64,000 bases of DNA from Sphingobium sp. (GCF_033795625.1 NZ_JARYGI010000015.1:7518-71517); one strand, 5' to 3'; shown: positions 37,189 through 47,380, numbered from the stretch's first letter. Numbers and translations: made by a program. Notes: generated by a model not told the origin, from the sequence alone.

Positions 37189-38775
37189 TCAATTCGTCTT
37201 GGGCGCGCGCCGCACGAGCGCCCGCAATTCGGAAAGCGCATAGGTGCGAAGGACCAGCGCCGCGACGCCATAGACCAGCCCGCCGATCCCGCACAACAGG
37301 ATGAGTGCAGTCACTCGCTCAGCGACGCCTCTTGCCATATATGGGTCGAGCAGCGGGTTCAGGAACCATAATGCTACGCCCATGGCTGTGCTCGCGCCGA
37401 GGATGCGTAGCGCCTTGTCCTTGAAGCGGGCGTCCATCCGCAACTGATCGCGCCGGTGGAGCAGCCAGTAAAGCACCAGCACATTGACCCAGGCGGCAAT
37501 GGCCGTGGAGACGGCGACGCCGACATGCCCCAGCGGCCAGATCAGGATGAGATTACCGACCAGATTGAACAGCATGGAGAACACGGCGACGCGAACTGGC
37601 GTTTTCGTATCCTGCCGGGCGTAGAAGCCGGGCGTCAGCACCTTGATCAGCACATAGGCCGGGACCCCCAGCGCAAAGGCGGAGAGCGCTCCGGCCGTGC
37701 CGATGGTGTCGGCGGCAGTGAACGCGCCATGCTGGAGGAGGCCGCGGATCAGCGGTGTCGCGGATATGAACAGGGCCACGGCGGCCGGCAAGGCAAGGAA
37801 CAGCGCCAGCTCCAGGGCACGATTCTGGGTGTGCGAGGCGGCGGCTTCATTGCCCGAGCCGATCTGGCGCGAGAGCGAGGGCAGGATCGCCGTACCTACG
37901 CCGATGCCGATCAGTCCGAGCGGTAACTGGTTCAACCTGTCGGCATAATAAAGATAGCTGACGGCGCCCTGCGGCAGGAATCTCGCCGCTAGCGACGTGG
38001 AGATCAGCAGGTTGAACTGGATCGCGCCTGCGCCGAGCGCGGCCGGGCCGATCAGCGCGAGCATCCGCTTCACCTGCGGCGAGAGGTGTGGCACCCCCAG
38101 CTTCAGCACCACGCCCGCCTGTCTGCACGACCACATCAGCCAGAGCAGTTGCGCAAGGCCGGAGACGGTGACGGCGACGGCCTGCGTGTACGCAGTCTCT
38201 ACCGGCGTATCGCCCCGGAAAAAGAGCACCGCTCCAATCATGCAGATGTTGAGTAACACGGGTGCGGCGGCATTCACCCAGAAGCGGTCCAGCGAATTGA
38301 GGATGCCACCCAGCAGCGACACGATGCTGATCAGCGCCAGATACGGAAAAGTGATGCGCGTCAGGTTGACGGCGAGGTCGAACTTTTCCGGCCCGCCATC
38401 GGGAAAACCGCCCGTCATCGCCCATACGACTGGCGCAGCGGCGATCATCATCAGGAGTGTGAAAGCGACGACTACCGGGAAGAGCACGGACAGGATCTGC
38501 CCGGCGAAAGCGACTGCCGCTGCCTTGCCGCTGCCCGGAGACGCGGCGTCGCCTTCCGCCATAGTGCGATTGAACATCGGCACGAACACGGCGGCGAACG
38601 CGCCCTCGGCAAAGAGCGCGCGAAACAGATTGGGCAGCCGCCATGCGATCAGAAAGGCGTCGGACGCGAGGCCCGCGCCAAGATAGCGTGCGACCAGCAT
38701 GTCCCGCACCATGCCGAGGACGCGGCTGACCAGGGTCAGCCCGCCGATGGTTCCGGTCGCTCTTAAAAGGCCCAT
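37189..38775 (-). CDS. murJ: Lipid II flippase MurJ (MviN)
   Basis: 'GGLTLVSRVLGMVRDMLVARYLGAG...DAFLIAWRLPNLFRALFAEGAF'. About 14 TM segments. 528 aa. Confidence 0.93.
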   Translation of the reverse strand: MGLLRATGTIGGLTLVSRVLGMVRDMLVARYLGAGLASDAFLIAWRLPNLFRALFAEGAFAAVFVPMFNRTMAEGDAASPGSGKAAAVAFAGQILSVLFPVVVAFTLLMMIAAAPVVWAMTGGFPDGGPEKFDLAVNLTRITFPYLALISIVSLLGGILNSLDRFWVNAAAPVLLNICMIGAVLFFRGDTPVETAYTQAVAVTVSGLAQLLWLMWSCRQAGVVLKLGVPHLSPQVKRMLALIGPAALGAGAIQFNLLISTSLAARFLPQGAVSYLYYADRLNQLPLGLIGIGVGTAILPSLSRQIGSGNEAAASHTQNRALELALFLALPAAVALFISATPLIRGLLQHGAFTAADTIGTAGALSAFALGVPAYVLIKVLTPGFYARQDTKTPVRVAVFSMLFNLVGNLILIWPLGHVGVAVSTAIAAWVNVLVLYWLLHRRDQLRMDARFKDKALRILGASTAMGVALWFLNPLLDPYMARGVAERVTALILLCGIGGLVYGVAALVLRTYALSELRALVRRAPKTN

Positions 38776-38803
38776 GGCCGCGCTTTACGGCCGGACGCTG
38801 CTG

Positions 38804-39301
38804 TCAGGCATTCCCCGCCGGGGCCTCGGTCAGCTGCGCCGACGCCTGCGCCTGCTGAACGTACAGAGCCTGGAAGTCGATCGGATCGAGCAGCAGCGGC
38901 GGGAAGCCGCCATCACGCACCGCGTCGGACAAAATGCGGCGCGCGAACGGGAAGAGCAGGCGCGGCGCTTCGGCCAGCATGAACGGCTGGATCTGATCCT
39001 CCGGCACGTTGCGCATCCCGAACAGGCCTGCGTAGACCAACTCGACCGCGAACGCAGTGCCATCGCTGGTGGTGGCTTTCACGTCGATCTTCAGGGCAAC
39101 TTCATGCACATCTTCGGCCACCTGATCGGCACCGATGTTGAACTGTACGTCGATGTTGGGCTGGGTCTGCCATTGGTAAACGGCCGGAGCGTTCGGATTT
39201 TCGAACGACAGGTCCTTAACATATTGGGTGATGAGCCCGATCTGCGGCGTCGTATCCGCGCCGTTGGACATTGCGTCGTAAGTGTCGGCCTGATCCGCCA
39301 T
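38804..39301 (-). CDS. secB: Protein-export chaperone SecB
   Basis: Start at the ATG at 39301. 'IGLITQYVKDLSFENPNAP', 'LLFPFARRILSDAVRDGGFPPLLLDPIDF'. Confidence 0.9.
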   Translation of the reverse strand: MADQADTYDAMSNGADTTPQIGLITQYVKDLSFENPNAPAVYQWQTQPNIDVQFNIGADQVAEDVHEVALKIDVKATTSDGTAFAVELVYAGLFGMRNVPEDQIQPFMLAEAPRLLFPFARRILSDAVRDGGFPPLLLDPIDFQALYVQQAQASAQLTEAPAGNA

Positions 39302-39557
39302 GGTCTCGTCCTCATTGTACCGTTTTCGTCGCAGCCGAAGAGCCAATGCGCCCGGCGCGACAATGAATGCGGGCGCTTAGCAGGGGGCAGGACGCAGGGC
39401 AATGGGCGGAGCTTGTTCGGCGCATCGGATATATTCGCTCGGCTAGCCGTTACCGCTGAAGCAGGCTGCCGATCTGCATTTGAAACTGCGCCGGAACATG
39501 CCTATGTTACTTGGGCCTGTATTTGGCGCTTCATATTAGACAGGTTGAAACAGCACA

Positions 39558-40214
39558 GTGTACGCCATCGTCATTCTCGCTCTCGTCGCCGGATTTCTGG
39601 CTCTGCGGCTATACTCGGTTCTCGGTAAGCGGACCGGGCACGAGCAGCAACCTGCACCGTTGCAGGCGGACGACCGCGCCAAGGTTTCGGTGCTGCAGCC
39701 CAAGCCGACCGGCGAACAGGGGCAGGAGCCCGCGCGTCTTGCCGAGGGCCTGCTTGCGCCCGGCGCGGAAACGGGCGTGCGTGCGCTGATCGCCGCCGAC
39801 CGCCGTTTCGATGTGCCGCAGTTCGTGGACGGCGCCAAGAGCGCCTATCGCATGGTGCTGGAGGCATTCTGGCGCGGCGATCGCGAGGAACTGGCTTGGC
39901 TTTGCGACGCCGACGTGCTTGCCTCTTTCGAGGAAGCCATCGCCGCACGCGAAGCCGCGGGCGAGACGCTCGAAAATCGCCTCGTCCGTATCGACAAGGC
40001 GATCATCACGGATGCGACGCTGAGTGGCCGTGTCGCTCACATCACCATGCGGTTCGATGCCGATATCGCGGCGATCACGCGCGACAAGGACGGCAATGTG
40101 ATTGCCGGGTCCATGACGGACGCCGTGGCGACGCATGATGTCTGGACCTTCAGCCGCGATCTGCGCGCCACCGATCCCAACTGGAAGCTGACCGAAACCG
40201 ACGAGGAGGCATGA
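39558..40214 (+). CDS. Tim44-like domain protein (N-terminal TM anchor)
   Basis: GTG start. TM 'YAIVILALVAGFLALRLYSVL'. C-terminal 'FVDGAKSAYRMVLEAFWRGDREEL...DVWTFSRDLRATDPNWKLTET' is typical of bacterial Tim44 homologues. Divergent from secB. Confidence 0.8.
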   Translation: MYAIVILALVAGFLALRLYSVLGKRTGHEQQPAPLQADDRAKVSVLQPKPTGEQGQEPARLAEGLLAPGAETGVRALIAADRRFDVPQFVDGAKSAYRMVLEAFWRGDREELAWLCDADVLASFEEAIAAREAAGETLENRLVRIDKAIITDATLSGRVAHITMRFDADIAAITRDKDGNVIAGSMTDAVATHDVWTFSRDLRATDPNWKLTETDEEA

Positions 40215-41509
40215 GCCTCCTTCGATTGGGAGCGGCGCTGCTGCTGGCGGCGTCCCTTTCGGCGTGTGCGGGCGGGATGATCCCGCCGGGTTCAGCGGGA
40301 TCAGCACGGCCGATTCCGGGCAAGCCTTCTCGTCCCGCTCCCGAGGCCGCTGCGCGACCGAAACCTGCGACGCCGCGACCGACATTGCCAGCGGCCGCCG
40401 CGCCAGTGGTGCCGGGGGAAAACGCATTGGGTGCGGGCTTGGTCGCCGGACCGCCGCTCGCCGATCTTCTGCCATCAGGCGAGCGCTCCCGGCTTGCACT
40501 TCAGGCGTTTCGCATTTCCTGCCCGGCGCTCCTTCGCCGCAATGATCAGAGCGGGCTCACGCGCGGCGCGGACTGGCAGCAGGCGTGCAGTGCTGCGTCC
40601 AGCTGGTCGGACACGACTGCCACGGAATTTTTCTCCCGCTATTTCGAAACCGCGCAGGTCGGCGACGGCAAGGCATTCGCCACGGGCTATTTCGAGCCTG
40701 AGATCGCCGGTTCACGCACGAAGCGGTCGGGATATGAAGTGCCGGTCTATGCGCGGCCGGTGGACCTGATCGATGTCGATCTTGGCCAATTCAGCGACGC
40801 TCTGAAAGGCAAGACGATCCGTGGCAAGGTGAACGGCGCGAAATTCGTGCCCTTCGACGAGCGCAGCCAGATCGTGGCGGGATCGCTGCGGGGCCGCGCA
40901 GCGGAAATCGCCTGGGCTGCCGATCCAGTGGAATTCTTCTTCCTTCAGGTGCAGGGTAGCGGAAGGCTGCGTCTGCCGGATGGCGGCGTCATGCGAATCG
41001 GCTATGATGGCCAGAATGGCCGCGACTACACCGGCATCGGCAAGCTGATGAAGGATCGCGGTCTGATCCAGGCCGGATCGATGCAGGACATCATGGCCTA
41101 TCTGCGCGCCCATCCGGCCGAGGGCGCGGCAATCATGGACGAGAACAAGAGCTTCGTGTTCTTCCGCGAACTTACTGGGGCAGGTCCGCTGGGCGCTTTG
41201 GGCCTGCCGGTCACAGCCGAGGCCAGCGTCGCGGCAGACCCGCGATACATCCCGCTTGGCGCGCCGATCCTGCTGTCGATGGACCGCGCGGAGCCGAATG
41301 GCATCTGGATCGCGCAGGACACGGGCGGCGCGATCAAGGGCGCGAATCGCGTGGATACCTTCTGGGGCGCTGGCGAGCGGGCGCGCGCCATTGCCGGGGG
41401 CATGGCGGCGAGGGGCAGCGCGCTGCTGCTGCTCCCGATCGGCACGATCGCCCGGGTTCAGGCGCAGGGGGGCATGAGCGGCAATGGCCGGACGACGCCT
41501 TACCCTTGA
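40211..41509 (+). CDS. mltA: Membrane-bound lytic murein transglycosylase A
   Basis: Lipobox 'LAASLSAC'. 'TGYFEPEIAGS', 'FFLQVQGSGRL', 3D domain 'IAQDTGGAIKGANRVDTFWG'. Confidence 0.88.
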   Translation: MSLLRLGAALLLAASLSACAGGMIPPGSAGSARPIPGKPSRPAPEAAARPKPATPRPTLPAAAAPVVPGENALGAGLVAGPPLADLLPSGERSRLALQAFRISCPALLRRNDQSGLTRGADWQQACSAASSWSDTTATEFFSRYFETAQVGDGKAFATGYFEPEIAGSRTKRSGYEVPVYARPVDLIDVDLGQFSDALKGKTIRGKVNGAKFVPFDERSQIVAGSLRGRAAEIAWAADPVEFFFLQVQGSGRLRLPDGGVMRIGYDGQNGRDYTGIGKLMKDRGLIQAGSMQDIMAYLRAHPAEGAAIMDENKSFVFFRELTGAGPLGALGLPVTAEASVAADPRYIPLGAPILLSMDRAEPNGIWIAQDTGGAIKGANRVDTFWGAGERARAIAGGMAARGSALLLLPIGTIARVQAQGGMSGNGRTTPYP

Positions 41510-42023
41510 AGAGCGGGCGCTATGGGCACGGCTGGCGCAGAGCGTCCGTCCCTATCGCGCCATAAAAGCTGAGCCACAACCAGCGGCAGACACAAAGCTT
41601 CCATCTATTCCGGCAGTTAAATCGTTAACGCAGGCACCCATGCCGCAAGCGCAGCAGCAGCCTCCCAGACGCCCTGCAGCGGTACTTGACGGACGCTGGG
41701 AAAAGCAGATCAAGAGCGGCGCACTGTCTCCGGAAATGGCGATAGACTTGCATGGCCATAGCCTCACCGCGGCACATGCGCGGTTAAATCAAGCACTTGC
41801 ACAGGCGCGGTCTCACGATGTGCGCGTGCTGCTGGTCGTCACCGGAAAACCCCGGCCGATCAAGGACAATAGCGGCTCCGGCAAACGCGGCGCGATCCGC
41901 GCAGAGATAAGCCATTGGCTGGATTCCAGTCCACACGCCGACGCTATCGCCAGTGTCCGCACCGCGCATCCGCGCCACGGGGGAGACGGCGCGCTCTACA
42001 TCATATTGCGGCGCAATAAATAA
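41484..42023 (+). CDS. Smr (MutS2-C-like) domain protein
   Basis: 'MAIDLHGHSLTAAHARLNQALAQARSHDVRVLLVVTGKP...GDGALYIILR'. Overlaps the mltA 3' end by 26 nt. Confidence 0.8.
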   Translation: MAGRRLTLEERALWARLAQSVRPYRAIKAEPQPAADTKLPSIPAVKSLTQAPMPQAQQQPPRRPAAVLDGRWEKQIKSGALSPEMAIDLHGHSLTAAHARLNQALAQARSHDVRVLLVVTGKPRPIKDNSGSGKRGAIRAEISHWLDSSPHADAIASVRTAHPRHGGDGALYIILRRNK

Positions 42024-42122
42024 GCGCGTTAATCGTCTCCGATGAACCTTCCTTAACCAGCGAGATTCATAATTGCGACATTCCGCAGTCGGTGCGGCCC
42101 TTTCAGATTTGATGTCGGGGGA

Positions 42123-43802
42123 TTGTTGCAAAGTGTCACGTTCAAGATCCGCGCGGCCATCATAGGCGCCGGCGCCGGGACAGTGGCCCTCATCCTCGCC
42201 GGATTGGCGGGGCCACGCATGTTCGGGCGTGAGCAGACGATCGCCTATGTCCTGCTCTTCGCCATATTGTGCGGTATCTTGAGCTGGGCCTCTGCCAGAC
42301 GCAGCATTGCAGCGATCGCGCCTTCGCTGGATCGCGTGACAGCCCGGCTGCGTGCTGCTGCCCATGGCGACCTTCAGACGCCGGTCGTCGCACAACTACG
42401 GCGCGATCTTCCCGACGTGGCGCTCGCGATGGACAGCCTGTTCAGCCAGGTGCGATCCAATCTCGAGAACATCCACGTGCTGGCGATGTTCGATCCGGTG
42501 ACTGGACTGCCCAATCGCATGAGCTTTTGCCGCCAGGTGGAGCAGCTACTGGCGGAGAAGGGAGGCGACGATCCCGCCGCTCTGTTCTTCCTCGATCTTG
42601 ACGGGTTCAAGGCCATCAACGACACGCTCGGGCATGCAGCGGGCGATCAGTTGCTGGCGCGTGTTGCCGGACGACTGCGCGACATAATGATGGCGCAGGT
42701 CGGGGCGGGCATGGGCGAAGCGGTGGTAGGCCGTCTGGCCGGGGATGAATTCACTTTGTTCTTCCCGGCCATGCCGAACCGCGCCGCGGCAGAGCGGATC
42801 GCTCGTGCTATTCAGTTCGCGTTCGGCGAGCGTTTCCAACTTGACGATCAGTCCCTGGATATTGGCGTCTCGATCGGGGTCGCATATTACCCGGAACATG
42901 GAAACACCCTGACAGCGCTGCTGCGCGCCGCGGACATCGCCATGTATCGGGCAAAGAATGATGGGCGTGGCCGTTTCGAGATTTTCTCGAATGCGTTGGC
43001 GCTGGAGGAAGCCGGCAAGGCAGACATGGAGCGTGACCTGCGCACGGCTCTCCAGCGCGGCGAATTCCTGTTGCAGTTCCAGCCCCAGGTGGATGTCGGG
43101 CAAGACCGGGCTATCGTTGCGGAGGCACTGGTGCGCTGGGCCCATCCGGAGCGCGATGTCGTGCTGCCCGGTACTTTCGTGCCCGCTGCGGAGGAGAACG
43201 GCGTCATCGTCGATCTTGGGGACTGGATCATGAACCAGGTCTGCGAGACGGCGACGCGATGGGCGCGGCAAGGACTGGATCAGCGGCTGGCGATCAATAT
43301 CTCCACCCGCGAATTGTCGCAGCTCGATTTCTTCGACCGCCTGCGCGCTTCCATGGAGCGGCATGGGACGCCCGCAACGGCCATAGAACTTGAGATCACC
43401 GAATCGCTGGCAATGGAGATGGACGCGCGGCTGATCGAGCAACTGCGCAGTCTGCAAGGCATCGGCGTGCGCATCACCATCGATGATTTTGGCACGGGCT
43501 ATTCCAATCTGACGCGACTACGCGACCTGCCAATCGACCGGGTGAAGATCGACCGCAGCCTCGTGCGCGACATCGTCACCTCCGCCGAAGCGCGTACCAT
43601 CTGCAGCGCCATCATCGCGCTACTTCAGGGGCTGGGGCTGGATGTCGTGATCGAGGGCGTGGAAAGCCAGGGGCAACTCGACATATTGCGTGTGACCGGC
43701 TGCACCGTGTTCCAGGGGTTCCACCTTGCCTATCCCGCGAACGAGCTTAGCTATCTCGCTCGCTTCGGTGGCGGCTATGAGCCGGTGGCGCTGGAAGTCT
43801 GA
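42123..43802 (+). CDS. Membrane-anchored GGDEF-EAL protein (diguanylate cyclase/phosphodiesterase)
   Basis: TTG start, two N-terminal TM segments. GGDEF domain 'DPVTGLPNRMSF...FFLDLDGFKAINDTLGHAAGD...RLAGDEFTLFF' (the motif reads AGDEF). EAL domain 'EALVRW', 'ELEITES', 'IDDFGTGYSNL', 'KIDRSL', 'EGVES'. Confidence 0.88.
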   Translation: MLQSVTFKIRAAIIGAGAGTVALILAGLAGPRMFGREQTIAYVLLFAILCGILSWASARRSIAAIAPSLDRVTARLRAAAHGDLQTPVVAQLRRDLPDVALAMDSLFSQVRSNLENIHVLAMFDPVTGLPNRMSFCRQVEQLLAEKGGDDPAALFFLDLDGFKAINDTLGHAAGDQLLARVAGRLRDIMMAQVGAGMGEAVVGRLAGDEFTLFFPAMPNRAAAERIARAIQFAFGERFQLDDQSLDIGVSIGVAYYPEHGNTLTALLRAADIAMYRAKNDGRGRFEIFSNALALEEAGKADMERDLRTALQRGEFLLQFQPQVDVGQDRAIVAEALVRWAHPERDVVLPGTFVPAAEENGVIVDLGDWIMNQVCETATRWARQGLDQRLAINISTRELSQLDFFDRLRASMERHGTPATAIELEITESLAMEMDARLIEQLRSLQGIGVRITIDDFGTGYSNLTRLRDLPIDRVKIDRSLVRDIVTSAEARTICSAIIALLQGLGLDVVIEGVESQGQLDILRVTGCTVFQGFHLAYPANELSYLARFGGGYEPVALEV

Positions 43803-44932
43803 GCCACGCGCATCAGGATTTCGGCGTAGATTTCCGTCAGCGTCGCCAGATCGGCGACTGCAACGGCCTCGTCCAGCTTGTGCATGGTGGCATTGCAAAG
43901 GCCGAATTCCACAACTGGACATAGCCGCGAAAGGAAACGGGCGTCGGACGTGCCGCCGGTTGTCGATAGCTCAGGCTCGATTCCGGTCGCCGCGTGAATG
44001 GCGTCGCGGATCAGCCCGGAGAATGCGCCCGGCGGCGTCAGGAAAGGTTCGCCGCTGATCTTGGCCTCCAGCATGCCGCCTTCGGCTTCCACAATGGCAG
44101 ACATCCGCTCGACCAGGCTTGCCCCGCTGTGCCGGTCATTGAAGCGGATGGATATTCGCGCGCTCGCCTTGGCCGGGATGACGTTGGTCGCGGGGTTGCC
44201 CACGCCGATGTCGGTGATTTCGATATTGCTCGGCTGAAACCAGTCCGTGCCCTTGTCCAGCTCCACCGCTTCGATGGCGGAAAGAATGCGGACGAGGCGC
44301 GGGATCGGATTGTCGGCAAGATGTGGATAGGCCACATGCCCCTGCGCACCTTCGACCGTGATCCACATATTGACCGATCCGCGCCGACCGATCTTCATCA
44401 TGTCGCCCAATCGGTTGACCGATGTCGGCTCGCCCACAAGGCACAGGTCGGGCTTCACGCCCTTCGCCGCCATCCGCTCCATTAGCGCCAGCGTACCGTG
44501 GACCGCCGGACCTTCCTCATCGCCGGTGATGATGAGGCTGATTGTGCCGGGCACATCCAATCGACGCGCCACTGCCGCCACGAAACAGGCAATCGACCCC
44601 TTCATGTCCACCGCGCCCCGTCCGTATAGCAGATCGCCGCGCACTTCCGGCTGGAACGGACCACTGGCCCAGCCATCGCCGGGTGGCACCACGTCCAGAT
44701 GCCCGGCGAAGGCGAAATGAGAGCCGGGACCGTTTTCCCGCACTGCCAGCAGGTTCTCCACCGGGCCATCTGGCGCTTCGCCGCTGAGGAAGCGATCGAT
44801 GGAGAAGCCGAGCGGCGCCAGCATCGCTTCAAGGCAATCGAACACTGCGCCGGTCGCTGGCGTTACCGAGGGGCAGGCGACCAGTCGTTCGGCAAGGGCC
44901 AGAGGTTCGTAAGCGGCACTGTTCAGGGTCAT
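43775..44932 (-). CDS. dapE: Succinyl-diaminopimelate desuccinylase
   Basis: 'FAFAGHLDVVPPG', 'LYGRGAVDMKG', 'ITGDEEG', 'TTGGTSDARF'. 385 aa. Confidence 0.93.
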   Translation of the reverse strand: MTLNSAAYEPLALAERLVACPSVTPATGAVFDCLEAMLAPLGFSIDRFLSGEAPDGPVENLLAVRENGPGSHFAFAGHLDVVPPGDGWASGPFQPEVRGDLLYGRGAVDMKGSIACFVAAVARRLDVPGTISLIITGDEEGPAVHGTLALMERMAAKGVKPDLCLVGEPTSVNRLGDMMKIGRRGSVNMWITVEGAQGHVAYPHLADNPIPRLVRILSAIEAVELDKGTDWFQPSNIEITDIGVGNPATNVIPAKASARISIRFNDRHSGASLVERMSAIVEAEGGMLEAKISGEPFLTPPGAFSGLIRDAIHAATGIEPELSTTGGTSDARFLSRLCPVVEFGLCNATMHKLDEAVAVADLATLTEIYAEILMRVAQTSSATGS

Positions 44933-44981
44933 GCCGGTGCGTTAGCGAAGGTCGCGCCAGTTGACCAGCCGGAGCGTCCTT

Positions 44982-45431
44982 ATGCCAAAGCTCGATCTAG
45001 ACACGATTCCGCAGACAAATCGCACCGGATATCCGCCTGAATATGCAGGAGCGGTCGAAGGGCGTTTCGTCCGCCGCATCGCGCCGGCAACGGGCCTCAG
45101 CGACTTCGGAGCGAGCCATGTGACGCTGGAGCCGGGGGCATGGTCATCGCAGCGCCACTGGCACGTCAATGAGGACGAGATCGTCATCATGCTCTCGGGC
45201 GAGGCAGTGCTGATCGATGACAATGGACGTGCGGACATGCGCGCTGGCGACATGGCGGTGTTTCCAAAAGGCGACGGCAACGGGCATCATCTCGTCAATG
45301 AAAGTGACGCTCCCTGCGTCTTCGTCGCGGTGGGCCGACCCGCAGCGGGGGAATGCCATTACCCCGACATTGACATGCACATCTTCGACGACGGCAACAC
45401 CTTTCGCCGCAAGGATGGATCAGAGTTCTAG
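44982..45431 (+). CDS. Cupin domain protein
   Basis: 'VTLEPGAWSSQRHWHVNEDEIVIMLSGEAVLIDDNG...GDMAVFPKGDGNGHHLVN'. ATG at 44982 inside the TTG-initiated ORF. Confidence 0.75.
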   Translation: MPKLDLDTIPQTNRTGYPPEYAGAVEGRFVRRIAPATGLSDFGASHVTLEPGAWSSQRHWHVNEDEIVIMLSGEAVLIDDNGRADMRAGDMAVFPKGDGNGHHLVNESDAPCVFVAVGRPAAGECHYPDIDMHIFDDGNTFRRKDGSEF

Positions 45432-46870
45432 GGTTCATCCCCCGGCATCGGCACCAGCTTGCCGGGGTTCATAATTCCCTTGGGATCGAACGCTGCCTTG
45501 ATGGCGCGCAGTGCAGCGAGGCGGGCGGGGCTGGCAAGGCGCGCCAGTTCCGCGCGTTTCATCTGGCCGATGCCATGTTCGGCGGAGATCGACCCGCCGG
45601 AAGCCACCACCGCATCATGGACGAACGCGTTGATGGTCGCGCCTTCTGCGGCGATCCAGGCAGGCCCGTCGGTGGTCCCCTTCGGCGCGCGGACATGGAA
45701 GTGGACGTTACCGTCGCCCAGATGCCCGAATGACGAGGCCGTGGTGCCGGGGAACGCCTTTTCCGCCGCCGCCGCCGCTTCGATCATGAAGGCAGGCATC
45801 CGCGCCACCGGCACGCTGACGTCATATTGGAGGGCCGGACCCTGTGCGCGTTCGGCTTCGGAGAGCGATTCGCGGATACGCCAGAAGGCTTCGGCTTGTG
45901 CATCGCTGGCGGCGATGGTGGCGTCCTTGGCGATGCCTGCCTCCAGCGCTTCCGCCAGTGCGCCTTCCAGCCGTTCTCCGGCGCTCGGGCCTTCCACCTC
46001 TGCCAGATCGACTTCGATCAGCACATGCCAGGGTGTGCGGGTCTCGATGGGGCGTCGGGCGCCGGGGATGTGGGAGAGGACATGGCCCAGGCCATCGTCG
46101 GCAATCACCTCGAAGCCTTCCACAATATGCCCGAGTTTCGCCTCCAGCATACGCAGCAATGCCAGTGCATCCTGCGGGCTTTCCACACCAATCCAGCCCA
46201 CGGCCCGATCGGCAACGGCGGGCACGAGCCGCAGGGAAGTCGCCGTGACGATCCCGATGGTTCCCTCCGCGCCGATCAGCAACTGCTTGAGATCATAGCC
46301 ACGATTATCCTTCTTGAGCGCGGCGAGGCCATCGTAGATGCTGCCGTTCGGCAGGACCGCCTCGATCCCTTCCACAAGGGCGCGCATCGTGCCGTGCCGC
46401 AGCACCTGCGTACCTCCGGCGTTGGTGGAGACGAGGCCGCCCACGGTCGCGGAGCCCTTTGCTCCAAGGCTCAGCGGAAAGCGGCGGCCGATGTCATGCG
46501 CCGCCTCGTGCAGCACCGACAGGATCACGCCTGCTTCGCAGACTGCCAGATTGTCCTCGGCCGAAATGCTGCGAATCGCGTTCATCCGCCGTAGCGATAG
46601 GATGAGCGCGCTGCCATCGAGCGGCGGAGTCGCACCCCCTACCATCGACGTGTTCCCGCCCTGCGGCACCAACGCCACACCATGCTCGGCAGCAAGCGCG
46701 ATGCAAGCGGCGACCTCCTGCGTATTGGCGGGCGACAGGATTGCAGCCGCATTGCCGTGATAGCGTCCGCGCCAGTCAGTCAGCCATGGTGCAATATCCT
46801 CCGGGGCGTCAGTATACCCCTTGGGACCGAGAAGGGCGGAAAAGCGTTGCAGGATGTGGGGCAGGATCAT
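45428..46870 (-). CDS. FAD-linked oxidase (GlcD / D-lactate / D-2-hydroxyacid dehydrogenase family)
   Basis: FAD_binding_4 region 'ALVPQGGNTSMVGGATP', 'VSTNAGGTQVLRHGTMR'. C-terminal 'GGSISAEHGIGQMK...KAAFDPKGIMNPGKL'. Confidence 0.88.
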   Translation of the reverse strand: MILPHILQRFSALLGPKGYTDAPEDIAPWLTDWRGRYHGNAAAILSPANTQEVAACIALAAEHGVALVPQGGNTSMVGGATPPLDGSALILSLRRMNAIRSISAEDNLAVCEAGVILSVLHEAAHDIGRRFPLSLGAKGSATVGGLVSTNAGGTQVLRHGTMRALVEGIEAVLPNGSIYDGLAALKKDNRGYDLKQLLIGAEGTIGIVTATSLRLVPAVADRAVGWIGVESPQDALALLRMLEAKLGHIVEGFEVIADDGLGHVLSHIPGARRPIETRTPWHVLIEVDLAEVEGPSAGERLEGALAEALEAGIAKDATIAASDAQAEAFWRIRESLSEAERAQGPALQYDVSVPVARMPAFMIEAAAAAEKAFPGTTASSFGHLGDGNVHFHVRAPKGTTDGPAWIAAEGATINAFVHDAVVASGGSISAEHGIGQMKRAELARLASPARLAALRAIKAAFDPKGIMNPGKLVPMPGDEP

Positions 46871-46879
46871 GGCGGTCTT

Positions 46880-47380
46880 ATGCTCTGGAATTCATCGACT
46901 GTTCAACCACTGGTGGCTAGGGCATCAGAGTATCCAGGGGGTCTATCTTTGTTTCCATCCGCCATTGCCTTGCTGCTTGTCCCGATGGCTGGTGCCGCGC
47001 CTGTCGAACTGGCGCAAGTGACGATCGAGCAGCGCGTGATCATTCGCGTGCCGGTTGTGCGTCAACCGCGTTCCGGTCGCCCTGTGCCTCCACCCCGGCC
47101 ACAGGAATGGGACGAGAAGAAGGGCCCGCGCTGCGTCGCGATCCGCTCTATCGCATCTGCGGCTTTGGGAGATCGCAACAGCGTCGACCTGATATTGTCG
47201 AATAACCAGCGTTACCGGGCGCGGTTGGCAAGAAGGTGCCGGTCCGCCGATTTCTATTCCGGTTTTTATATCGAGCCGAGCGACGACGGCTCGCTGTGCG
47301 CAGGCCGCGACGCCATTCAGGCGCGCAGCGGGCCGTCCTGCGAAGTCGACAGTTTCAAGCGGCTTGTCCCCGAACGATAG
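46880..47380 (+). CDS. Hypothetical, possibly secreted protein (start uncertain)
   Basis: Downstream part of a 232-aa ORF whose 5' part is antisense to the oxidase gene. Hydrophobic 'LSLFPSAIALLLVPMAGAAP', Pro-rich stretch, four Cys. No family recognised. Confidence 0.4.
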   Translation: MLWNSSTVQPLVARASEYPGGLSLFPSAIALLLVPMAGAAPVELAQVTIEQRVIIRVPVVRQPRSGRPVPPPRPQEWDEKKGPRCVAIRSIASAALGDRNSVDLILSNNQRYRARLARRCRSADFYSGFYIEPSDDGSLCAGRDAIQARSGPSCEVDSFKRLVPER

